Positions 1 to 13,530 of a DNA stretch of 64,000 nucleotides are shown one piece after another. This DNA is from Octopus sinensis (lineage: Eukaryota). Within the stretch, counting starts at the first letter, position 1; every line of letters begins with the position of its first letter. The stretch lies in NCBI RefSeq assembly GCF_006345805.1, contig NC_043002.1, forward strand, positions 55,428,001 to 55,492,000, written 5' to 3'. Under the pieces are notes generated by a model, which did no database searches, was not told where the DNA came from, and saw nothing but the letters and a program-made list of their open reading frames with translations. The position numbers were made by a program, and so were the translations under genes.

Positions 1-57
1 GCTATTTCTAAATTCGGTGTGTGGTAGGGCAACTCGTTGCTAAACCCTTATTGCTTA

Positions 58-137
<80 letters not shown>

Positions 138-406
138 CTAGTTTGCGGCGATGCTGTGGCACGACCATGAAGAATTGTTTGTCGAATGTATTAACCCGAT
201 GATTTATTTCTGAAAGCTATGTACTTATTCTGTTGGTAAATTTTTAGTGAACTGTTAATTTACAAGCATTGGTCGTCAAGCGGAACTCAAGGGGAGGGAC
301 AATGGCACACACACACATACATACATACACACGCACACACACACATGCACACAGAAACGCACAAACTCATTCATGCACATATGTATATATATGTATATCC
401 CGAACA

Positions 407-481
<75 letters not shown>
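407..481 (+). repeat. (TCTA)n microsatellite, LINE target site of unit A
   Basis: Direct reading. Orthologous arrays at 20496-20703 (filled), 33031-33086 and 47746-47818 (empty). Confidence 0.95.
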
Positions 482-484
<3 letters not shown>

Positions 485-658
485 GTCCTCTTTCTCTCCT
501 TTTACGATCCCTTTTGATCGACCCCCCTTTTTTATTTTATTTTATTTGTTATTTTATTATTATTATTTTTTTTTTTTTTTTAAACCTTCAAAAGAAAAGC
601 TCTACCTTGTAATTTGTTCTCTCTGTGTGCAGCCCTGTGTGGCTAATAAAGAAACATA
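482..658 (+). mobile_element. 5'-truncated Tx1/L1-clade LINE, 3' UTR only
   Basis: Matches the 3' end of the element at 20704-21953. Ends AATAAAGAAACATA followed by TCTA repeats. Confidence 0.8.
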
Positions 659-680
659 TCTATTTATCTATCTATCTATC

Positions 681-1360
681 TTCCTTCAAACGGGAAGGAA
701 GAGCTATTTTTATCATACTTGTGGATATGGCGAAAGAATGTATCTGGTGGACGCGTCTGAAAGGATTAGAGACAAACACTTTCCTCTCTGGTCAATCTCT
801 CATCAACTTCTTCAAGTATCACTTGAAGAAAAAAGTGAGAGTAGAGAGGCAAGTTTTGTCTAGTGAATGTTTTAAAAAAAGATGGGTGAATGTAGCAAGG
901 ATGGCACGTATGAATGACGAAGCCACCTTGACTATGATTCTATGAACCGTAAAAATTAATACAGAGAGTTGCTTATTTGCCAAAAAAAAAAAAAAAAAAA
1001 GAATATAACATGTGACTTCATTGACCGATGTTACCGTGGTCTTTTCCGTAGGCTTTTCTTTCCACGGGTAAACTCACCTGTCCTCCCCTTTACACTTCAT
1101 ATTGACATTTCTGTGATAACGATCCCTATTGATCAATTTTTTTCCTCTCCCCCCTTTTTTTAACCCCCCCCTTTTTTTTAACCCCCCCCTTTTTTTTTGT
1201 CCTCTTTCTCTCCTTTTACGATCCCTTTTGATCGACCCCCCCTTTTTTATTTTATTTTTTTATTTTTTATTTTTTTATTTTTTAAACCTTAAAAAGAAAA
1301 GCTCTACCTTGTAATTTGTTCTATCTGTGTGCAGCCCTGTGTGGCTAATAAAGAAACATA
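681..1360 (+). mobile_element. 5'-truncated Tx1/L1-clade LINE, ORF2 C-terminus plus 3' UTR
   Basis: Encodes ...FKREGRAIFIIL...LTMIL*, nearly identical to the end of ORF 20732-21538. Flanked by TCTA on both sides. Confidence 0.85.
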
Positions 1361-1377
1361 TCTATCTATCTAACTAA

Positions 1378-1431
<54 letters not shown>

Positions 1432-1549
1432 ATCTATCTATCTATCTATCTATTTATCTATATATCAATCTATCTATCTATCTATCTATTTATCTATTTA
1501 TCTATCTATCAATCTATCTATCTATCTATCTATCTAACGATCTATCTAT

Positions 1550-1639
<90 letters not shown>

Positions 1640-1652
1640 ACGATCTATCTAT

Positions 1653-1687
<35 letters not shown>

Positions 1688-1737
1688 ACTATCTATCTAT
1701 CTATCTATCTATTTATCTATCTATCATTCTATCTATC

Positions 1738-1813
<76 letters not shown>
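1361..1813 (+). repeat. long imperfect (TCTA)n array
   Basis: Direct reading. Confidence 0.95.
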
Positions 1814-1815
<2 letters not shown>

Positions 1816-1826
1816 CATATGCCTAT

Positions 1827-3728
1827 TTTTCCCCCTGTCTGCCGAGTATGGGCGGTAGTGGCACCGCGGTACTTTTTCACAAGAGTCTGGATCTCAATGT
1901 AAGGACAATATTCGTAGACCCGGAGGGTAGACTGGTCGTCCTGGATGTCGACGGCAGCAATGGGTGCGCTTTTCGACTCGTATCAGTTTACGCACCGCCC
2001 TTAACAGGTCGGGCGGATTTCTTTCAACGTCTAGAAGTTTTCTTGGGAACGTCTCGTCCTTTACTCTTAGTGGGGATTGGAATGCTACCTTGGACACGCA
2101 TGTAGACTACGTGGGTAGAGATAGGAATAGACGGGGATGCAAATGCCTCAGAGACCTGCTCAGACGCTTTCAACTGTCTGACAGGTTCCGACTAGACCAC
2201 CCGAATGCGCCAACGTGGACATGGAGCAATCGCATCGGGTCGTCGAGATCGTATCTAGATAGGATACTGTGTAGGACAGTAGATAGAGATAGCATAGGAT
2301 GTCCACAATTCCACATAGTCAGCTACACGGATCACAAACTTGTGACATGTACGCTAGACTTAGGTAAGACACTTAGGCAGGGTCCCGGATACTGGAAACT
2401 AAACGCGTCTTTCCCATCGAGACAAGTTTTCAGAGACCGGATTAGCACACTAGTAAAGAGGGCTTTGACGGGAGCCATCATCAACAACAAATGGTGGTTT
2501 GCCCTCAAGAGAGCAGTAAAAGCAGAAGCGATTAGGTACAGCAAAGCACTAGCCATAGATAGAAATAGAGTAGAGGGTGAGCTAGTTAAGAAGCTAGAAG
2601 AGGTAATTAGAAGCGGCATCGCATCCGACGTTTTGGCGGCGAGGTTGGCCCTCGACCAACACTTCAACGCCAAACACGAAGGATGTGCTGTCAGAGCTAG
2701 GATGCGTGCTCTAAGGAACGAAGGTGTTGGAGCCGCGAGAGAGGCCCGGGTGGCAGAGGCGCAACAGGGCAACAAAGCCACCATTCGGTCACTGGTAGAT
2801 GAACAGGGGCGCGAATTGCTCGAGCCAAGTAAAATGTGTGAGGCCTTTCAGCAGCATTTTGCCCGACTGTTCGGAACAAGTGGAGGGCAAGAACGTAGGG
2901 TGGACTTCAGTGCCTACCTACTTAGCCTACCACGACTCTCGACAAGAAAGGCAGGGTGCTGCGAAGGTGCCATCACGGCGGCGGAAGTGCGGGAAGCGAT
3001 GGCAGAATGCTCGAGGGACAAATCACCGGGTTTGGATGGTCTACCCTACGAGCTTTACAATTGTATGCCAGACTTGTTTGGAGATCTCTTGGCGGCGGTG
3101 TACTGCAACTGGCAGCAAAACGGGAGCATTCCTGGTTTTGGTGAGCCGAGGAGCCGTAACACTGCTGAAGAAAGATCTAAACAAGGGAAATGTAATAGAT
3201 AACTTTAGGCCCATCACTCTGCTTAATGCAGACTTGAAATTTTGGCCAAGGTGCTAGCCAAGAGGTTGGCGCTTGTCATCGAGAAACTGGTCGACAAGGC
3301 GCAAACATGCGCCGTGCCAGGCCGGACCATCCATGACAACCTCCATCTGATGCGCTACATCATAGACAGGGTAGTTAACGAACCTGGCATGGGTGGGGCC
3401 CTGATCAACTTGGATCAATCGAAAGCCTTTGATAGGGTAGACCATCGATACTTGGAGGCAGTCCTGAGAGCGGCTGGTTTCGGTCCCGTCTCCCGCGGCT
3501 GGATAGCTGACTTGTACAGAGGCATCCGTTCGGTAATTCGCGTAAATGGACATCTATCGAGACCTTTCGACATTGCACGTTCGGTCCGTCAGGGATGCCC
3601 CCTCTCGGCGCTTCTATACGTATTGACTCTTGAGCCACTACTGCGGAAGCTGGCGACTCTAAGGGGCATCCCGCGAGAATTGGGATGCGGGACGAGCGTG
3701 TCTGCATACGCGGACGACGTCACCGTCA

Positions 3729-3800
<72 letters not shown>

Positions 3801-5195
3801 ATCTATCTATCATCTTCATATGCCTATTTTTTTCCCCCTGTCTGCCGAGTATGGGCGGTAGTGGCACCGCGGTACTTTTTCACAAGAGTCTGGATCTCAA
3901 TGTAAGGACAATATTCGTAGACCCGGAGGGTAGACTGGTCGTCCTGGATGTCGACGGCAGCAATGGGTGCACATCGAGCTGTGGCGAGACACTGAAAAAC
4001 TACGAAGCCGTGACAGGAGCGAAAATCAACGGGAAAAGTCAGTGGGCTTGCGACTAGGCACCTGGAGAAGCAAGCCCATGCCGTCCACCAGCGCCTCCGT
4101 CGTGGGACGCTGGACCGACGGCCCGGTTGAGGTTCTCGGGGTCTGTTTTGGTCCGGACCTCCAAGTGGAAGAAGAACCGGAACGAGATAACGAGTAGGGT
4201 GGTCACTTCACTCTCGCCCGGCAATGGGCCGAGAGGAAAACTGTCCCTAAAAGGTCGAGCGGAGGTGGCGAACACGTACATCCGCGTCCGTCATCTTACT
4301 ACCGGCCTGACCGTCGTACCTTGTCCCGACCCTACCATCACCAAACTACAACGCATCCTCTTTCGCTTCTTGTGGAAAGGATGCGTCCCGATGGTCAGGC
4401 GATCCATTTGCTGTCAACACCCGTTAAAAGGAGGGCCTGGGCATGCCGTGGTTGATGATGCGCAGACACGCGCTGAGACTGCGACACTCTGGCTCTATGT
4501 AGACGACGTGAACAGGTGTGGTCGCCGTTTGTGAGCACGCTTTCCCGCAGCTCGTCTCCATGACCGAACTGCAGTCGTGGATCAAAAAGAGCCGAGGAAG
4601 GGCGAATGGCACCGCGAGTTTGTCGCGTTGCTCTCAAGCAACTCTGCCATCCTGGGTCGACCATAAGTGACTTCAACACAACCAAAGCATTCTATAGGGT
4701 TTTAGTGGAGGGGAGGTACGACGACGAGCTCGGGGCGAACCTGGACGTCGACTAGAGCAGCACCTGACCGCCCTGTTCAGGACGACTTTCGGGCCAGGGC
4801 CCATGGAAAACTCCAGAGATCCCTGGCCGGCAGTGCTACCGAGAAGCGCTACCCGTTCGGGATAAGCTCTACAACAACGGCTCGGCTCGAGAAACACGGG
4901 GCCGACCTGCCCGAGATGCGGTCAGAGCGACGAAACCGTTCTGCACGCACTCGTTCAGTGTCCAACAATTTCCGACCTGTGGGCTATGTCGAACAACTGC
5001 TGTCACGTGTGGACGAGTCGGTTTATCAGCTGAGTCTATCGTCAATATTGTCACGCGCCTCCTTCCTTCAAACGGGAAGGAAGAGCTATTTCATCATCCT
5101 TGTGACTATGGCGAAAGAATGTTATCTGGTGGACGCGTCTGAAAGGATTGGAGACAACACTTTCCTCTCTGTCAATCTCTCATCACTTCTTGAAC
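1827..5195 (+). mobile_element. Tx1/L1-clade non-LTR retrotransposon ORF2 (APE endonuclease, RT, CCHC), frameshifted and rearranged
   Basis: APE motifs VYAP, GDWNA, SYLDRI, TDHK; GPGYWKLN linker; RT motifs SPGLDGL, LDQSKAFDRV, RQGCPLS, YADD; C-terminal CPRC-x8-H-x4-C. Multiple frameshifts. Confidence 0.92.
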
Positions 5196-5196
5196 A

Positions 5197-5552
5197 GGGT
5201 AGTTAACGAACCTGGCATGGGGGGGCCCTGATCAACTTGGATCAATCGAAAGCCTTTGATAGGGTAGACCATCGATACTTGGAGGCAGTCCTGAGAGCGG
5301 CTGGTTTCGGTCCCGTCTTCCGCGGCTGGATAGCTGATTGTACAGAGGCATCCGTTCGGTAATTCGCGTAAATGGAACATCTATCGAGACCTTTCGACAT
5401 TGCACGTTCGGTCCGTCAGGGATGCCCCCTCGGCGCTTCTATACGTATTGACTCTTGAGCCACTACTGCGAAGCTGGCGACTCTAAGGGGCATCCCGCGA
5501 GAATTGGGATGCGGGACGAGCGTGTCTGCATACGCGGACGACGTCACCGTCA

Positions 5553-5632
<80 letters not shown>

Positions 5633-6215
5633 CATCTGCCTATTTTTCCCCCTTCGCGAGTATGGGCCCTGGCGGTGGTTGGTCTAGTAGTGGCCGCGGT
5701 ACTTTTCACAAGAGTCTGGATCTCAATGTAAGGACAAATTCGTAGACCCGGAGGGTAGACTGGGTCGTCCTGGATGTCGACGGCAGCAATGGGTGCACCA
5801 TCGAGCTGGTCGGCGAGACACTGAAAAACTACGAAGCGTTGACAGGAGACGAAAATCAACGGGAAAAGTCAGTGGGCTTGCGACTAGGCACCTGGAGAAG
5901 CAAGCCATGCCGTCCACCAGCGCCTCCGTCGGGGACGCTGGACCGACGGCCCGGTTGAGTTGCTCGGGTCTGGTTTTGGTCCGGACCTCCAAGTGGAGAA
6001 GAACCGGAACGAGATACGAGGTAGGGTGGTCACTCTCGCCCGGCAATGGGCCGAGAGGAAACTGGCCTAAAGGTCGAGAGGAGTGGCGAACACGTAATCG
6101 CGTCCGTCATCTACTACCGCCTGCCTCGTACTTGTCCCGACCCTACCATCACCAAACAAACGCATCCTCTTTCGCTTCTTGTGGAAAGGATGCGTCCCGA
6201 TGGTCAGGCGATCCA
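5197..6215 (+). mobile_element. degenerate duplicate of the Tx1 RT segment (~3366-4405), including the same internal TCTA/EN insert
   Basis: Near-identical to 3366-4405 with many 1-bp indels. Confidence 0.85.
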
Positions 6216-6379
6216 TGAAGCGGTTTTCGCAAGGCCTCAGTAGCTGTGAACACTACTTTTGCATTCTTTTGTAAGTTTACATTTATTCATTCATATATTA
6301 TTGTTATATTATAGTTATTCTTGTTGTTGCTGTTGTTGTTGTTGTTGTTGTTGTTTGTTGTTTTTTGTTTGTTGTTGTC

Positions 6380-6410
<31 letters not shown>

Positions 6411-6419
6411 TTATTATTA

Positions 6420-6450
<31 letters not shown>

Positions 6451-7788
6451 TATGATTACTATTATCATCATCATTGAGTGTTAGAGCAGTGCATGCCATC
6501 AACGTAACACTGGGTAACATAAACGAAGCCCAGTATACGTATCATGACTACCCGACTGATAATATAAATATTTATAACGACTATTCCATGTAAACGGACT
6601 TCTACTCCATTGTTTTTAATCCTATCTGTCCAAATCTCAGGCTCATAATATGTCACGTGTTTTTCTACAGCCACAAAACTCCAATGTTCTTCTGCGGTAA
6701 GCGGTCCTCACTTTATTCAATATGCTACTCAACCGGACGGAACTTACATTCCCTCAGCTCTACATTCAACACAATATCACCATGCCGCAGACAGACTTAG
6801 TCAGGTATGGACATATTATCAAACACCTTTTCTTGAAATATTTATACACTTTCTGTCGAAACTCGATTCTATATTTTATAAGAAATCTCCAATCATTGTC
6901 GAATAAAATTCAGCTTCTCACAATTCTTTATTACAGATTGCTCTATCCAATATGTCTGCAACGCAACCCTCAGTCAATATGTTACTGTGTTGAAGAATCA
7001 AAGGAAAAGAAATATGATAGGCTGTGTGCCCCTGCCAAACGTATACAGACAGAGTGTCATTATCGCGGGTGCTGTTCTAAATTCACCTCCCGCATCTGAT
7101 GCCATATTTTATTGTTATTTAAACAAACGCTTTATTAACCGGTAAGAATTATGTTCCTCATACTTCTCCCTGGATGATTATTTTAGATATTACTCGTAGA
7201 ATTCATCTGGGAAGTTATGGTTGTTTTATTTAAAGAAACTGTTGTCAAAGATCAATGGTTCCATTCTTAGATTCCTTTGGAGAAATATAGAATCATTTCA
7301 AAGCGTTCTTGCCTTCCATAGTTACCATACGATTACAACTTAATCTCTTCAGGTTTTTTTCTTCCTTAAGATTTTCTATTGTAAGGTGTTACGTGCAGAG
7401 GATAATCAGGTTACCCCATCCGCTATTCCCTCAGTTATATGGTGGCTTTTAAGTTGACAACAATGCGTAGAATTATACCAGCATAGAACATCTAATTATT
7501 TCAAGTAAATACTACAATTAGAATAATTTTGAACCGTTCAAATTTAACAACGTAACTTAGTCTATCAAAATGTTTTCTATCAGATATACGTGCATCCATG
7601 AGTTTCTATATTTCTTAGTAGCATATATCGTATACTACGTGTGTGTATATAGTTAGTATTAGGAAATGTGATACTTAATCTGTGTAAATGTCTCTGTCGC
7701 ATTGAATCTTGGGGAAAATTTTCATTTGCCATGATTGTATCTCATCTGCGTGAGATTTCATATGAATTTATATGTATTATATATGTAT

Positions 7789-7846
<58 letters not shown>

Positions 7847-7859
7847 ATATATATATATA

Positions 7860-7909
<50 letters not shown>

Positions 7910-7949
7910 TATATATATATATATATATATTTATGTATGTATATATATA

Positions 7950-7983
<34 letters not shown>

Positions 7984-8412
7984 CCATACGTAGAAATATA
8001 TATATACACACACACACATGTGTGTATGTGTGCGTTCGTGCGTGTGTATGTGTATGTGTATCATAACGTGTTTACTTTGAGGACTAAGAAACTTTCTTGG
8101 GAGGTCGAACATATTAAGCGTACGAGTATGTTTATAAGTGTGTGCGCGTGTGTGTGTATATATATGTGTGTGAGTCTTCGTGTGTGTCTGTGTATTAATA
8201 TCAATTAATTTTTATCCCTAATTTACAATATTCTTTTCATATATTTCAGATATTTTCAAACAAACATCAAACAAAATGTCGAAGTAGATGACAGTCTTTT
8301 GCTACCGGACGATGTGCCAATAATCCAGCAGCGATGGTTTACCATAATTACACTCCATACACTTCATGAAAATATAAACCCCATTCAAAATACTCTACAA
8401 TCCTTTATGTAA
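6216..8412 (+). pseudogene. copy A of the putative four-helix cytokine gene; promoter, exon 1 and most of exon 2 missing
   Basis: Exon 2 remnant ends 6270 (GTAAGT donor). Exons 3-4 at 6671-~7141 with indels and a ~33-bp deletion. Exon 5 at 8250-8412 with a 4-bp duplication. Confidence 0.85.
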
Positions 8413-8856
8413 TTAATTCCTGGTCTAATACTTCTGTAAACAATCTCAGTTAGAGAAAAATCAGATACAAGTGTATCGTTTCAATAATGTAGAAGTGTTT
8501 TAGCTTCACCACTTAATAATCATATCGACGATTATATTAATCGTTAGATAACAATATTTCCATCAATTTTGATCTTTATATTTTCTTATCACGTTTATAA
8601 TCGTAAACAATATATATTTCTCCTTTATGAAATAAATATTTCTATTTAATATTGTGTAACATCGATGTTATTGGTATTACACCGATGGGACTATGGCGCA
8701 TCAATCTAAATATATTTTTCTATATATTTACTTATGTATATATCTATATATATATTTTATATATACATACCTATATCTACGTTATTTAATTCATTGTATA
8801 ATTACTAATTCCTCATTCTACATACTATTTTTTAATCTTAATATATATATTATAAA

Positions 8857-9056
8857 AGGCGGCGAGCTGGCAGATTCGTTGGCACACCGGGCGAAATGCT
8901 TAGCGTTATTTTGTCTGTGCTTTAGTTCTGAGTTCAAATTCCGCCGATGTACACTTTGTCTTTCATCCTTTCGAGGTCGATAGATTTAGTAGCACTTGCG
9001 TACTGGGATCGATCTAATCGACAATCTCCCTCCCCCAAAATTCCGGTCCTTGTTTT
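8857..9056 (+). mobile_element. tRNA-derived SINE (octopus OR-type), same insertion carried in every unit
   Basis: Head GGCGGCGAGCTGGCAGA with A-box-like TGGCAGATTCGTTGG and B box GAGTTCAAATTCC. Family assignment from memory. Confidence 0.75.
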
Positions 9057-9945
9057 TGGAGTAGAAATGAAAATATATTCTAATGCATTTTCTGTAAGAC
9101 TTTCAGGCATACGCACACACACACACACCATCACACACACATGTATATACGCCAATATCAATTTCTATTATTTATTATATAAATGAGTAATATATTTTTG
9201 TATGAAAACATTAAAGTGTTAATATTTTATTATTATTTCAATTGTTTGTGTTTTTTGATTTTGTTCTTAGAGTGAATTACAACTCCCTTCACACATTTCT
9301 TTAATCTTTAAATATATTTTATATACATTATATTACAAGGTATCTCACTAATAGGACATTTATTCTGTCCGTGTTGATAAAATAAGCACCAATAATGTAA
9401 TGGGTTCGACGAAGTCCACTTACCACTCCTGCGAAATTCCTGACCTTGAACCAAGTTGGAAGCTATCACTCGTTGCATCGGTCTGTGCCAGAGGGAATCG
9501 TATATATATATACGATTGATTTCTTTCAGTTTCTATCTACGAAATGCATATATATATATATATATATATATATAGTATTACTAAATTTGGCGAAACTGCA
9601 GTATATAGAAAATTTCAGTTTGTAAAAGTTTTTTAAACCTCATCTCACGAAATTATCCCGCTATTGTGTATCTAGTACCCTCTTCGCCTTGAATGTAATG
9701 ATATATTATAATATATGGCGTGTACTGGTACACCGTCGATTATAAATTAATTTTATTGTATCCATTTTATCTTTGTTTACATATTCTCTCGATAAATTTC
9801 TGACCGTTAGACGATATACCACAATCCCCCTATTTTGTCGGGTTTGTTCGGAGTCTGCGCAGTGTTTTTTTGAATGTTTTTAAAAGAGCATTTCGATAGA
9901 AGCACCTGGATCTATTGGTAATGGTCTTTCCATCATTAACAGGAA

Positions 9946-10018
9946 CTTACTGATGAAGCCAGCCTGGTTATATAAATACTATTTTTATATTACTAAATTT
10001 GGCGAACTGCAGTATAAG
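9946..10018 (+). ncRNA. type I hammerhead ribozyme (Penelope-type), junction 1
   Basis: CTTA-CTGATGA-A-GCCA..TGGC-GAA(A)-CTGCAG-TA-TAAG. Palindromic stem III, GUA site. One A missing here but present in the other units. Confidence 0.6.
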
Positions 10019-10348
10019 AAAAGTTAATTTGTAAAAAGTTTTTAAACCTCATCTCACGAATTTAGCCAGCTATTGTGTATCTAGTACACCTCTCTCGCCT
10101 TGAATGTAATATATATGTATAATATATGGCGTGTACTACTGTATACCCGCGATTATAATTAATTTAATTGTATCGCATTTATTTTGTTTACATATTCTCT
10201 CGATAATTTCTGACCGTTAGACGATATAACCACAATCCCCTATTTGTCGGTTTGTTCGGATTCTGCGCTGTGTTTTGAATAGTTTAGAAAGAGCATTTCG
10301 ATAGAACACATGGATCTATTGGTATGGTCTTTCCATCATTAACAGGAA

Positions 10349-10415
10349 TCTTCTGAGGACAGCCTGGGTAAATAAATACTTTTGTTTACTAAATTTGGCG
10401 AAACTGCAGTATAAG
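10349..10415 (+). ncRNA. type I hammerhead ribozyme (Penelope-type), junction 2, degenerate
   Basis: CTGAGGA at 10353-10359; TGGC-GAAA-CTGCAG-TA-TAAG at 10396-10415; 5' side of stem II partly deleted. Confidence 0.5.
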
Positions 10416-10907
10416 AAAAGTTAAGTTTGTAAAGTTTTTAAACCTCATCTCACGAAATTTATCCAGCTATTGTGTATCTAGTACACTCTTCGCCTTGAAT
10501 GTAATGTATATGTATAATATATGGCGTGTACTGGTACACCGGCGATTATATTAATTTATTGTATCGCAATTTATCTTTGTATATATAGATATATATATAT
10601 ATATATATGTATATGTGTGTTTGTGTGTTTGTGTGTGGTGTGTGTGTGTGTGTGTGTGTTTGTGTTTGTGTGTGTGAGTGTGTGTAAGTATATAAATGGA
10701 TTACTTCAGTACTTGATAAAATCTATTAATTATTTTAATTAATAATTCTTTACCCGATACATCCATATATATGTATATATATATATATATATAGAGATAT
10801 ATATCTATATATATATATATATATATGTATATTTAGTATGTTATATATATATATGGTATATAATATCAATATATAATATATGTATGGTATATATATATAT
10901 ATGTTAC

Positions 10908-10972
<65 letters not shown>

Positions 10973-11121
10973 AATATATATATATATAAGTGAATTGTAG
11001 AAATGGAGTTGAGCGAAGATTGAACAGAAATCGTTTTATTCTTCTACACGTGTTTCGAAGGCCACAATTTACCAATTCCGATTGAATATATATATATACA
11101 TATAATATATATATAATTTAG

Positions 11122-11154
<33 letters not shown>

Positions 11155-11344
11155 TATATATGCAAAGGAAAAAGATAAACTTATAGATACAACTGAGTGG
11201 GGCAAACAAAAATATGAGACCCTGCCTAGTGTTTTTTTATTATAGCTTTGTACATATTGTATATCTATAAATACATCTATACATATACATGTATAATACA
11301 CATCTATATATATATTATATATATATATTATATATATATATATT

Positions 11345-11435
<91 letters not shown>

Positions 11436-11474
11436 CATGTATATAGATAATCTATTATATACATTTATATATAC

Positions 11475-11505
<31 letters not shown>

Positions 11506-11859
11506 CATTTACATAGATTATCATATATATATACATTTGTGAATATGTATACATACCACACCAACACACATATATATATATACGTATGTATGTATTGTTA
11601 TGTATGTATGTATGTAGTAATGTATGTATGTATGTAATGCCCATATATATGTGAGACATAGTTTCACTTTCATTGTTTCAGTATGAAAGCGAAACTATTA
11701 AAGTAAAATTAACTGACTAAAAATAGAGAGATATTGTTTTCACTTCTGACACACAATACTGAAATACTGAAGATATAATATTGCTGTGGACTCGCACTAG
11801 GCAAGAAGTTAACAGTTGTACACACACATAGACATACATATATATATACATGTAATACG

Positions 11860-12020
11860 ACTGATTTCTTTCAGTTTCTATCTACAAAATCCACTGAGAA
11901 GGCTTTGGTTTGTCTCAATATAAGCAGAAGACACATGCCAAGTCACCACACAGTGGGACTGAACCCGGACCATGTGTCTTGAACCAGTTTGTTACCACAC
12001 AGCCACAGCAGTACCTATGT
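11860..12020 (-). mobile_element. 5' part of a second tRNA-derived SINE family (mirror copy ~31500-31665 +)
   Basis: Minus strand reads TGGCTGTGTGGTAA...GGTTCAGTCCCACTGTGTGG, an A/B-box pattern resembling a common octopus SINE recalled from memory. Confidence 0.55.
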
Positions 12021-12091
12021 AGATATGTGGCGGTATGTGTATGTGTCTATGTGTGTGTATGGGTGATTTATGTATGCATGTATATTGTGTG

Positions 12092-12128
<37 letters not shown>

Positions 12129-12739
12129 TTATTACATGTACATTTATATATAATATATACATCTTCACATATACATGTAGACATATACTCTATTTAATAT
12201 ATATACATACATGTATATATGTACATCTATAAATAACATGTATACATATACACTATATATATAAATGTAATATAGATACATCTATATATATATATATATT
12301 ATATATATATATATATATAGATGTGTGGCAGATGTAACATATATATATATATTATATGTGATGTATGTATATGTGTATATAGATACATCTATATATATAT
12401 ATAATATTATATATATTATATATAGATGTGTGCAGATGTAAACATATATATATTATTTATATGTATGTATGTATGTATGTATGTATATATTTATGTATGC
12501 ATGTATGTATGTATGTATGTATGTATGTATGTATGTACGTATGTATGTATGTATGTGTATGTATGTATGTATGTATGTATGTACGTACGTATGAAGCCTG
12601 TATATATGTGAGATAATAGTTTCACTTTAATAGTTTTAAAGTGAACGTATCTGACATAACTATAGAGAGATGTTTATTGTTTCACATTTACCATGTAATA
12701 CTGAAATAGTGGGAAGATATGATATGCTCTCGGCCCGCA

Positions 12740-12928
12740 CTAGGCAAGAAGCTAAAAAAATTTTAGACTATGACCACTACGTTGGACCTTGAGATGGGCA
12801 TGTGTAAAATTTGAATGAATTGGTTGTGTAGTCTCACATAGACAGCATACCGACAAACAGACAGATAGAAAGATACACATACACGCAGACAGACCACACA
12901 CACACAATCTCTTCTTTATATATAAAGA
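12740..12928 (-). mobile_element. possible short non-autonomous Helitron-like element (also 30680-30869 +, ~40770-40925 -)
   Basis: A|TC 5' end, CTAG|T 3' end, internal (CTGT)n tract and AAATTT..CATGCC core as in Lep1-type elements. No 3' hairpin seen. Confidence 0.35.
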
Positions 12929-12979
12929 TGAAGGAACTACAACGTGTTTCAGTATTAAATAATATATTATATGTATATT

Positions 12980-13032
<53 letters not shown>

Positions 13033-13195
13033 CAATGTATATACATATATATACATATACGTAAACTGTATACCTGTCTATATAGAGAGATATAAAATAA
13101 AATGTAATCGTCAGATTTAGAATATGTATGTATGTATATATATATACATAAATTCACATAATATGTATACAGACACTATACATACACATACATAT

Positions 13196-13252
<57 letters not shown>

Positions 13253-13282
13253 ATACTTTTTGTATTCTTGTGTCTCTGTGTG

Positions 13283-13318
<36 letters not shown>

Positions 13319-13389
13319 TATATAGATATATATGTATGTATACATGCATGTATGTATGTATGTATGTATGTATGTATGTAGTATCAATT

Positions 13390-13530
13390 TTTCTCTGTGT
13401 GTTTGTCCCCCAACCATCGCTTGACACTGATGTTTATGTGTTTACGAAGGTACCGATTCGGCAATAGGCCTAAATAATGGCTTGCAAAGAATGAGTCCTG
13501 CGGTCGATTTGCTCACTAAAGGCAAAATAA
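13390..13530 (+). mobile_element. 3' part of the second SINE family (also ~30020-30160 -, ~41940-42075 +)
   Basis: TTTGTCCCC..ATCGCTTGACA..GGTCGATTTGCTC(G)ACTAAAGGC resembles a remembered octopus SINE body. Confidence 0.45.

Larger units (their letters stand above)
9572..10575 (+). mobile_element. Penelope-like tandem of ~410-bp units (about 2.5 copies) inserted in (TA)n, unit A only
   Basis: Units start ~9575, ~9990, ~10385. Absent at orthologous sites ~27080, ~39910, ~52700. Hammerhead core spans each unit junction. Confidence 0.65.

Noticed and set aside
9572-10575. CRISPR-like or prokaryotic repeat arrays
   Set aside because: No repeat-spacer structure and no cas genes; the context is eukaryotic.
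7668-13427. Many YI/CV/IYLS/HT-repeat ORFs here and throughout the window
   Set aside because: Translations of (TA)n, (TG)n, (TCTA)n and (TACA)n tracts.
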